A stretch of DNA of 29,113 bases. Origin: Gammaproteobacteria bacterium (GTDB lineage Bacteria; Pseudomonadota; Gammaproteobacteria; SZUA-229). Shown piece after piece: positions 10,820-18,465 of this stretch. Positions within the stretch are counted from its first letter, which is position 1; each line of letters starts with the position of its first letter. The notes beneath the pieces were generated by a model. It made no database searches. It was not told where the DNA came from and was given only the letters and a program-made list of their open reading frames with translations. The stretch lies in NCBI GenBank assembly GCA_050049835.1, contig JASFVM010000001.1:1-29113 (forward strand), in the 5' to 3' direction. The position numbers and the translations under genes are program-made.

Positions 10820-11182
10820 ATGACGCTGCCAGTCAATACCACTGAATATAACAGCCCGTTTTATTTCTGGCTGATGCCGCTGATGATGTTCAGTGCAGTA
10901 GTCATTGCCGGCAGCCAGGGCTACCTTGAGCTACCCGAGTACTATCGTACCCCCCTGTCCGATGTGATCTACGATGAACACACGACATGGCGTACCACAC
11001 CGGAGGATGACAACGGCTGGCGCAAGGGTCAGGGAGACCTTATACATCAGGGCCGCTTACGCAGAGAAGTACTGCCGCATGTTGATTACGACCGGCGCAG
11101 CGATCCGACACTCGATAACACTTTCATGAATGAAAACGAGCTGGCCAAACCGAAGACCAATGTATTCAGATTTAATTTTTAA
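10820..11182 (+). CDS. Hypothetical exported or membrane-anchored protein, 120 aa
   Basis: Fills the gap between SBP and aat with 3-8 nt spacing; N-terminal hydrophobic stretch; ends NVFRFNF. Confidence 0.6.
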   Translation: MTLPVNTTEYNSPFYFWLMPLMMFSAVVIAGSQGYLELPEYYRTPLSDVIYDEHTTWRTTPEDDNGWRKGQGDLIHQGRLRREVLPHVDYDRRSDPTLDNTFMNENELAKPKTNVFRFNF

Positions 11183-11190
11183 ATACACCG

Positions 11191-11838
11191 ATGTCTTCAA
11201 TCGTATGGCTCGAAGATAACGATTACGAATTTCCACCGGTTGCACAGGCACTCTCTGATCCGGATGGCTTGCTGGCGGCCGGCGGTTCGCTGTCACCCGA
11301 GATCCTGCTGAAAGCATATCGGCACGGTATCTTTCCCTGGTATTCCGAAGGCCAGCCTGTCCTGTGGTGGTCACCCGACCCGCGTTTCGTGCTGTTTCCA
11401 GAAAAACTGAAGATTTCGCGCAGCCTGAAAAAAACACTCAACAAAAAAGTGTTTGGCATCAGGCAGGATACGGCTTTTCGCGAAGTCATGCTCAACTGCG
11501 CCAAACCGCGCAAGGATGATGCCGGCACCTGGATTACACACAACATGCTCGAAGCCTACTGCCGGATGCACGAACTAGGCTATGCGCATTCGATCGAATG
11601 CTGGCATGATGATGAGCTTGTCGGCGGTCTCTATGGAATTGCGCTTGGCGAAATGTTTTTCGGCGAATCCATGTTCAGCAAACAAAACGATGCATCCAAA
11701 GTTGCGCTCGTGTATTTATGCAATAACGTGAAACCAAAACTCATCGATGTACAGGTCTATTCCAGTCATATGGAACGGATGGGTGCGGAAATGATACCGC
11801 GTGCGCGATTTATAGAATACCTGAACAGGTATCTGTGA
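11191..11838 (+). CDS. aat: Leucyl/phenylalanyl-tRNA-protein transferase
   Basis: GLLAAGG.L, AY..GIFPW, WWSPDPR, LVGGLYG, FFGESMFS, ASKVAL. Confidence 0.96.
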   Translation: MSSIVWLEDNDYEFPPVAQALSDPDGLLAAGGSLSPEILLKAYRHGIFPWYSEGQPVLWWSPDPRFVLFPEKLKISRSLKKTLNKKVFGIRQDTAFREVMLNCAKPRKDDAGTWITHNMLEAYCRMHELGYAHSIECWHDDELVGGLYGIALGEMFFGESMFSKQNDASKVALVYLCNNVKPKLIDVQVYSSHMERMGAEMIPRARFIEYLNRYL

Positions 11839-11850
11839 CCTGGTTTTTAT

Positions 11851-12119
11851 TTCACCACAGAGGCACAGAGGGCACAGAGACTTTTGTTGTTTTCTACAGG
11901 AGCGACATCAGTCGCGAGCTATAGCAGTTAGCTTTTTCAGCCAATCATTTCACTTCGTGGACAAAATGATGAAGGCTAAATACACCTATAGATATCATTC
12001 GCGACTGATGTCGCTCCTACGAAATAAACAGTAACAACCTGTGTGTCTGGTACGCTCAAAAGGATTTATGTTTACAACATAGAATATTTTCTCTGTGTTC
12101 TCTGTGCCTCTGTGGTGAA
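11851..12119. repeat. Nested inverted-repeat element, copy 1 (outer CACAGAG arms, inner REP-like arms)
   Basis: Outer arms 11851-11880 / 12090-12119 (28/30 match). Inner arms 11899-11917 / 11999-12017 are a perfect 19-bp inverted repeat, GGAGCGACATCAGTCGCGA. Confidence 0.9.
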
Positions 12120-12148
12120 AAAAAAGGGTTATAACCATAAGTGGCATT

Positions 12149-12168
12149 CCCTGTGCCCCTGTGGTGAA
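12149..12168. repeat. Extra degenerate outer arm
   Basis: CCCTGTGCCCCTGTGGTGAA versus CTCTGTGCCTCTGTGGTGAA at 12100-12119 (18/20). Confidence 0.75.
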
Positions 12169-12262
12169 CCATCAGCATCGCACTATGAGCAGCTGCAAAT
12201 CAGGGTGAAGGAAGCCGATCCTGCTGGTATAGTGGCTGCAAGTCGATAACAAAACTGAAAGC

Positions 12263-13693
12263 ATGCAACAGGAAAATACCTACGAACTGGTCTCGGCACT
12301 GTTTATCAAGCTGCTGGCCCTGGTCTATTTTATCGCCTTTGCCTCCCTTTCCAGCCAGATCGTGGCTCTTGCCGGCCAGGATGGCATCCTGCCACTCACG
12401 CATCTGCTCGAAAACGCCACCACCGAATTCGGCTGGAAACGCTATCTTGCCTTTCCGACAGTTTTCTGGATTAACGCCGGAGACACCGCATTAACCGCGG
12501 CAACATGGCTGGGATGCGCTTTTTCGGTTCTGCTTCTACTCAACTATAAAACACGGTTCTCTCTGATAGCCCTGTATCTGCTCTATCTCTCGCTATACCA
12601 CGCCGGCCAGACCTTCATGAATTTCCAGTGGGATTACCTGCTGATAGAGGCAGGTTTTCTCGCGATTTTCCTGACGCCGAATTCACGCATCATCATTTTC
12701 CTGTTCCGCTGGTTATTATTCAGACTCAGATTCATGTCAGGGTTATCAAAGATACTCAGCAACGACCCCGGCTGGGCGGGACTGTCTGCACTGACTTTCT
12801 ACTTTGAAACACAGCCGCTTCCGCATGTTGGTGCCTGGTATGCACATCAGTTGCCTGAATGGATACTGATTCTTGCGACGGCTGCGACATTGTTTATTGA
12901 ACTCGTTGTCCCGTTCATGATGTTCATGGCGCGCAGATATCGTTTTATTGCCGCCTGGTTAACCCTGCTGCTGCAAGTGCTGATCATACTCACCAGCAAC
13001 CACAACTGGTTCAACATATTGACCATCATACTCTGCCTGTTCCTGTTTGATGATAAAGCGATCGCCCGCGTTATACCAGACCGGCTGTGCAACTGGTTGC
13101 TGCAACAGAAACAGGTTACCAGCATACCGGCTTATTCCAGGCCTGTCTCGTACGTGTTTGCTGCGATAATCCTGGTAACCAGCAGTGTTCAATTATGGGA
13201 AATGGCCTCGGGTAGCAGGATCAGGGGCAACGCGGGGCATGTTCTTGACTACATCGAACGCTGGTCACTGGCAAACAACTATCATGTTTTTCCAACAGTT
13301 AACCAGCAACGCGTTGAATTGATTATCGAGGGTACCGCGGACGGCCATACCTGGCTGCCATATTCTTTCAAATATAAACCGGGAGCACTTAATAAACCGC
13401 TTTATGTTGTTATTCCACATCAGCCCCGCCTGGACTGGATGGTATGGTTTGTGCCCCTTCATCCTGTTTTTACCGACTGGTTTGAAAACTTCCTTGATGC
13501 CCTGCTGGATAATTCACCGAGCGTTATCGCCATGCTCGAGCATAATCCCTTCCCTGCGGCACCACCGGTCGCAATCAGGGTACGGGCTTATGAATACAAA
13601 TTTACTGATATCGATGAACATAATACGACCGGCAACTGGTGGAAGCGCCACTACCTCGGGCCATTTGAACCCTTACCGGTGGTATATCGATAA
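12263..13693 (+). CDS. Lipase maturation factor (LMF) family membrane protein
   Basis: FQWDYLLIEAGFLAIFL, FRLRFMSGLSK, FETQPLP, N.NWFN.LT, PHQPRLDW motifs; multiple TM helices. Confidence 0.9.
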   Translation: MQQENTYELVSALFIKLLALVYFIAFASLSSQIVALAGQDGILPLTHLLENATTEFGWKRYLAFPTVFWINAGDTALTAATWLGCAFSVLLLLNYKTRFSLIALYLLYLSLYHAGQTFMNFQWDYLLIEAGFLAIFLTPNSRIIIFLFRWLLFRLRFMSGLSKILSNDPGWAGLSALTFYFETQPLPHVGAWYAHQLPEWILILATAATLFIELVVPFMMFMARRYRFIAAWLTLLLQVLIILTSNHNWFNILTIILCLFLFDDKAIARVIPDRLCNWLLQQKQVTSIPAYSRPVSYVFAAIILVTSSVQLWEMASGSRIRGNAGHVLDYIERWSLANNYHVFPTVNQQRVELIIEGTADGHTWLPYSFKYKPGALNKPLYVVIPHQPRLDWMVWFVPLHPVFTDWFENFLDALLDNSPSVIAMLEHNPFPAAPPVAIRVRAYEYKFTDIDEHNTTGNWWKRHYLGPFEPLPVVYR

Positions 13694-13706
13694 CAGCAGC
13701 TGATAT

Positions 13707-13846
13707 CTAGCCCGCATTTCTCACCGGGCGGACAAGGGCGGTTACAGCGTGTCATCGTTGCACCCTGTTGTAATGCTGAACATTTTTCATTGACATCAAA
13801 TGCTTATGAACCAGCCATTGGCCGTCCGGTGAGAAATGTGGGCTAG
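13707..13846. repeat. 140-bp element with 29-bp terminal inverted repeats ending in CTAG (REPIN- or MITE-like)
   Basis: CTAGCCCGCATTTCTCACCGGGCGGACAA (13707-13735) versus reverse complement of 13818-13846: 26/29. Confidence 0.75.
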
Positions 13847-15003
13847 TCACGACGCTGGCTGGCTTCACTGGAGATGGGCGTCGGGTATTTATTGATAACC
13901 CAGTATGTCGATATAACAAAAGTGAGCACGACAACTGTCTGGATGAGGTAGCTTGTCCTCTGGTCGATCACACCCGCATGCTGGGCACTGTAGGCCACCA
14001 GCAGAGAGAACTCGCTGGCCTGACCCAGTCGTATGCCAAGTTCTTTCGATATGTAGTCTTTCTCACCGGTGATGTTGAATCCCCAACGATATACAATCGG
14101 CTTGATGATGATGACAAGGACAGCAATGGCAATACCGGGAAGAATAATATCCTGCATCGCCAGCAAATCAAATTGCGCGCCGATAGAGAAGAAAAACAGG
14201 ATAAGAAAAAAGTCTCTCAGCGGCTTCAGTTCTTCAGCTATAACCAGTGCTATCGGCAAGGTAGCTATCGAGACGCCTGCGACAAATGCGCCCATTTCAA
14301 ACGACAGGCCAAAATACTCAGCGGCACCTGCAACCATCAGGCCCCATCCCAGTGACATCAGGAACGTGTGTTCGCGAATGGTATCAAACTTGATGTATAA
14401 CGCGGTGATGACATATTTGACAACATAAAAAGAAATAGCTGTTAAAGCTACCAGTTTCAGTAACAGCAACGAAATCGTTAACGGTATATTGCTCTCCTGA
14501 CCACCGGATATCAGCAGGATGACGACGATTGCGAGTATGTCCTGCAGCAACAGCACGCTCACCATCATTTCACCGCGGTGCTTGTGGTGTAGCGTCGTCG
14601 TCGGTATGAGCTTCAAGCCGATGATCGTGCTCGAGAATATCAGCGCAGCGCCGATAACCAGGCTATGCAACACGGTAAAGCCCATCAACATTGCTGCCAG
14701 CATAACCAGTATCATGAAGACAGATGAAGTGACCAGGGTCAGCATACTGGTTTTGGCGAACAGGCCTGTCATTCTGTCGGGCCTCAGATTCAGCCCGATC
14801 AGAAACAGTAACAGAATAATACCAACTTCGGACAACTGCTCGATGTGATGAGGGTTGTTGATCAAACCGAGACCTGATGGTCCTATGGCAACACCAAGCA
14901 CGATATAGGCAAGGATAATCGGCTGCTTCAGGTACAGAAAAAGTGTTGCAAGAATTGCAGCGCCTGCAAAAATCAGCACAAGTTCAAGGATGATGTTATC
15001 CAT
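13843..15003 (-). CDS. CPA2-family cation:proton antiporter (KefB/C-like membrane domain, no KTN domain)
   Basis: AYIVLGVAIGPSGLGLI, GIILLLFLIGL, SST, LLLQDILA, GAFVAGV, RDFFLILFFFSIG, QASEFS. ATG 15003 preferred. Confidence 0.9.
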   Translation of the reverse strand: MDNIILELVLIFAGAAILATLFLYLKQPIILAYIVLGVAIGPSGLGLINNPHHIEQLSEVGIILLLFLIGLNLRPDRMTGLFAKTSMLTLVTSSVFMILVMLAAMLMGFTVLHSLVIGAALIFSSTIIGLKLIPTTTLHHKHRGEMMVSVLLLQDILAIVVILLISGGQESNIPLTISLLLLKLVALTAISFYVVKYVITALYIKFDTIREHTFLMSLGWGLMVAGAAEYFGLSFEMGAFVAGVSIATLPIALVIAEELKPLRDFFLILFFFSIGAQFDLLAMQDIILPGIAIAVLVIIIKPIVYRWGFNITGEKDYISKELGIRLGQASEFSLLVAYSAQHAGVIDQRTSYLIQTVVVLTFVISTYWVINKYPTPISSEASQRRD

Positions 15004-15205
15004 AGTGATAATTTGCCTTTGTCGCTGCATCAGATGCCAGCCAGGCGCCTTCAGGCGATATCGCCCCGGACTCCCGTCAATGCGTTGAGCTTACTACAAA
15101 TTCTCAACGGGAACTGCGCCGCGCCTTTACCGGGTTCAGCATACGGATGCTGGTACGTGGCAGTTGAAATTCGATATAATTCGGCAAACTTTCTCTGGAC
15201 CGACA

Positions 15206-16675
15206 ATGAAATTCATAGAAACACGCGGGAATGATGGCCGTCACCCCGGGAGCGTAAGCTTCTCCGAGGCCATACTGACCCCCATATCCTCTTTTGGCGG
15301 GTTGTATTCCCCGGAATCGCTTCCCGTACTGGGCGAGCCGTTCTTATCAGAACACATCGAGTCCGACTATAAAACGCTGGCACGGGCAATTCTCGCCGCC
15401 TTTGAAGTGGATATCGACGCTGCAATTATCGACCAGGCTCTCGACCTCTATGACAGGTTTGATGACCCGTCGAATCCGGTTCCTGTCGTCAGGGTGCTTG
15501 ATGATCTCTACATCAGTGAGCTCTATCATGGGCCGACGCGTGCGTTCAAGGACATGGCACTGCAACCCTTTGGTATCGTACTGTCATCAATAGCGCAAAA
15601 CCGCAATGAGCATTATCTTATTCTTGCCGCCACTTCCGGTGATACCGGACCCGCCGCACTGGAAACCTTCAAGAACAAGGCCAATGTACAGGTCGCCTGT
15701 ATGTACCCCGTCGGCGGCACCTCCGATGTGCAACGTTTGCAAATGGTCACGGAAAATGCCAGCAACCTGAAAGTTATCGGCGTCAAAGGTGATTTTGATG
15801 ACACACAACACGCATTGAAGAGCCTGCTGGCTTCCGCCAGTTTCAGAAAAACGCTGAAAGAAAAAAACATACATCTTTCTGCAGCAAACTCGGTCAATTT
15901 CGGACGCATCATCTTCCAGACGATCTATCACGTGCATTCCTACCTGGAACTGGTACGTCAGCATGCGATCACAATGGGTGAAAAAGTTTATCTGGATGTC
16001 CCGAGTGGCAACTTCGGCAATGCCCTTGGCGGCTACTATGCACTGAAAATGGGCCTGCCCGTTGAGAAGATCCTGATTGCCTCCAACAAGAACAACATCC
16101 TGACCCGCTTCATTAACACGGGTACTTATGACCTGAGAACACTTGAAGTGGTGCCGACGACCTCACCCGCGATGGACATCCTCAAGTCATCAAATATAGA
16201 ACGCATACTGTTTGATCTTTTCGGCCCTGAACGCACAAAAGAACTCATGCAAAAACTGGACACTGAAAAATGCTATGAACTTACCGCGATTGAGCATCAG
16301 CAGATACTGTCTTTTTTTGCTGCTGATTTTTGTGAAGACCATGAAGGCAAGGCATTCATCAAGGAAACCTTTGCAAAAGGCTACCTGATGGATCCGCACA
16401 CGGCAACGTGTTTCAAGCCCTATAAGACGTGCCGTGACAAACCGCTCAAGACGATTGTCTACTCAACGGCCGAATGGACCAAGTTTTCACCGGTGATTGC
16501 CAACGCCCTGACTGGAGAAGTTGATGCACGCGATAGCGATGCCCTCAAATCGATCGCAACAGAGGCCGGTATTTCAATACCACCGATGATCAGCGAACTG
16601 TTTGACAAGGAAATCGCGCAGAAAAGTATTATCGAGAAAGACAGGATCGAAGCAGAGATACTTTCTTTTCTGTAA
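15206..16675 (+). CDS. thrC: Threonine synthase (Campylobacterota-like type)
   Basis: ELYHGPTRAFKD (PLP lysine), ATSGDTG, ANSVNFGRI, VPSGNFGN, SPAMDILKSSNIER, DPHTA. ATG 15206 gives MKFIETRG. Confidence 0.95.
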   Translation: MKFIETRGNDGRHPGSVSFSEAILTPISSFGGLYSPESLPVLGEPFLSEHIESDYKTLARAILAAFEVDIDAAIIDQALDLYDRFDDPSNPVPVVRVLDDLYISELYHGPTRAFKDMALQPFGIVLSSIAQNRNEHYLILAATSGDTGPAALETFKNKANVQVACMYPVGGTSDVQRLQMVTENASNLKVIGVKGDFDDTQHALKSLLASASFRKTLKEKNIHLSAANSVNFGRIIFQTIYHVHSYLELVRQHAITMGEKVYLDVPSGNFGNALGGYYALKMGLPVEKILIASNKNNILTRFINTGTYDLRTLEVVPTTSPAMDILKSSNIERILFDLFGPERTKELMQKLDTEKCYELTAIEHQQILSFFAADFCEDHEGKAFIKETFAKGYLMDPHTATCFKPYKTCRDKPLKTIVYSTAEWTKFSPVIANALTGEVDARDSDALKSIATEAGISIPPMISELFDKEIAQKSIIEKDRIEAEILSFL

Positions 16676-16689
16676 CGTTATATTTTTTT

Positions 16690-16724
16690 CAACGCAAAGA
16701 CGCCAGGGCGCAAAGCACATAAAG
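16690..16724. repeat. Solo CGCAAAG-type repeat arm
   Basis: CAACGCAAAGACGCCAGGGCGCAAAGCACATAAAG; same unit spacing as the CACAGAG arms; no partner arm seen. Confidence 0.45.
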
Positions 16725-16736
16725 ATTTATGAAGCT

Positions 16737-16827
16737 TGTAGCCCGGATGTAACGAAGTGAAATCCGGGAAAGCCTGTTAATACCGATACTGTTAACCCGG
16801 ATTACGTTTCACTTCATCCGGGCTACA
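16737..16827. repeat. GTAG-tagged REP doublet (REPIN-like)
   Basis: TGTAGCCCGGAT..ATCCGGG (16737-16768) and inverted CCCGGAT..ATCCGGGCTACA (16796-16827); each is an internal hairpin; 27-nt spacer. Confidence 0.85.
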
Positions 16828-16865
16828 GTACTGTATCCAGTTAAAATATCTGGTACAGCATATGC

Positions 16866-16964
16866 TCTCGCGGAGACGCCGGGAAAGCAGAGGGAGGCCA
16901 GTTCAATATGCGCCTCATCAGGTAAAACATATGCTAGCTCTGCGTACTCTGCGACTCAGCGGGA
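16866..16964. repeat. Degenerate CGCAGAG-type inverted-repeat pair
   Basis: 16866-16892 versus reverse complement of 16938-16964 (TCCCGCTGAGTCGCAGAGTACGCAGAG): 20/27. Confidence 0.55.
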
Positions 16965-17082
16965 TGACAGTATTTAAACCTGTGGCACAGGGATATGTTG
17001 ACGATGGAAAACCTGACAATGTTTGTGCGATCAGGTCAAGACCACTACACCCCCCTTTTCACTCGTCCCTGGTGCCTGTTTT

Positions 17083-18417
17083 TCACCCGAGATGTTCAAG
17101 CCGTATACGCGCAACGCTGCCATCGATCTCGTCCAGGCTCTCCACCTCGGCGATAGCTGTATTGAGATTGCTCTCCTTTACTTTCTGTGTCAGCAATACC
17201 AGGTGCACCCTGTCTGCGCCTTTGGCCGGCTCTTTCTGCAGGACAGCTTCAAGACTGATATTGTGATTGGCGAATATTTCCGATACTTCGGCAAGTACGC
17301 CTGGCTTGTCGAGCGCTGTCATACGCAGGTAACACGCGGTATCAACATCATCGATCGACATAATCGGAACATCAGACATCGCTTCCGGCTTGAAGCCGAG
17401 CAAAGGCAGCTTGTGGTCTGCATCCATGTCAATCGTGCGCGCAGTATCGATGATATCCGCAATCACTGCTGAAGCCGTCGGTTCAGCGCCAGCGCCCGCA
17501 CCGTAATAAAGTGTCGGCCCGACTGCATCGCCCTGTACCAGTACCGCGTTCATCACACCGTCGACGTTTGCAATCAAACGCTTGTGCGGGATCAGTGTCG
17601 GATGAACACGCAACTCTATACCCCTGTCAGTCTTGCGGGTAATACCCAGATGCTTGATGCGGTAGCCAAGCTCGCCGGCATAGGTAACATCTTCAGTTGT
17701 GATCTTGCTGATACCTTCCGTGTAGCACTTGTCGAACTGCAGCTCGATGCCATAAGCAAGAGATGCCAGAATGGTCAGTTTGTGCGCAGCATCGATACCT
17801 TCGACATCAAATGTCGGATCTGCTTCGGCATAACCGAGCACCTGGGCTTCCTTGAGCACATCGGCAAAGTCACGGCCCTTGTCACGCATTTCGGTCAGAA
17901 TAAAATTACCGGTACCGTTGATGATGCCGGCGATCCACTCGATCCTGTTGGCGGCCAGACCTTCGCGTACTGCCTTGATGATGGGGATGCCACCGGCTAC
18001 TGAGGCCTCGTAAGCGACATTCACACCCCTGGCCGTTGCAGCCTGCATGATTTCCTGGCCGTGGGTAGCTATCAACGCCTTGTTGGCAGTCACAACATGT
18101 TTGCCGTTTTCAATAGCTTTCAGCACAAGCTCTTTTGCCAGTGTATAACCACCAATCAGCTCGACAACGATCTGCACTTCCGGATCGTTAACCACTGCGA
18201 AGGCATCTTCAGTCAGCTTGACCTTGCTGGCATCCACGATGTTCTGTTCGGCAATACCCAGCCCGGCAACATGCGTAATTTCAATTCTGCGTCCAAGACG
18301 GCGCTGGATCTCGTCCGCATTCCTCAGCAAAACGGTGGCAGTACCACCACCCACTGTTCCCAGCCCGAGCAGGCCAATCTTTACAGCTTCCAACGAAATC
18401 TCCGGTTTCAGGTTCAC
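17083..18417 (-). CDS. hom: Homoserine dehydrogenase with C-terminal ACT domain
   Basis: GLLGLGTVG, VVTANKALIA, YEASVAGGIP, GIINGTGNFIL, LGYAEADPTFDVEG.DAAHK, GAGA.PTASAV, D.PGVLA. Start is GTG 18417 or TTG 18393. Confidence 0.96.
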   Translation of the reverse strand: MNLKPEISLEAVKIGLLGLGTVGGGTATVLLRNADEIQRRLGRRIEITHVAGLGIAEQNIVDASKVKLTEDAFAVVNDPEVQIVVELIGGYTLAKELVLKAIENGKHVVTANKALIATHGQEIMQAATARGVNVAYEASVAGGIPIIKAVREGLAANRIEWIAGIINGTGNFILTEMRDKGRDFADVLKEAQVLGYAEADPTFDVEGIDAAHKLTILASLAYGIELQFDKCYTEGISKITTEDVTYAGELGYRIKHLGITRKTDRGIELRVHPTLIPHKRLIANVDGVMNAVLVQGDAVGPTLYYGAGAGAEPTASAVIADIIDTARTIDMDADHKLPLLGFKPEAMSDVPIMSIDDVDTACYLRMTALDKPGVLAEVSEIFANHNISLEAVLQKEPAKGADRVHLVLLTQKVKESNLNTAIAEVESLDEIDGSVARIRLEHLG

Positions 18418-18465
18418 TAAAGCAGCGCATTCTACTGCATATCATCCCTGTCGTATAATACGAGG

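Noticed and set aside
11851-12168. CACAGAG repeats as a CRISPR array
   Set aside because: The copies are inverted rather than regularly spaced direct repeats, and no cas genes are present.
12043-12403. ORFs 12043..12249 (+) and 12200..12403 (-)
   Set aside because: The first is a translation of the repeat arms (LCVLCASVV); the second is an antisense shadow of LMF.
16965-17082. Remnant of a native thrC downstream of hom; small palindromes (CCTGTG-G-CACAGG at 16979-16991)
   Set aside because: No MKYxSTRG-like frame is visible; the palindromes are short with no U-tract.
16862-17472. ORFs 16862..17266 and 17023..17472
   Set aside because: They begin in repeat DNA and overlap hom antisense; no family motifs.
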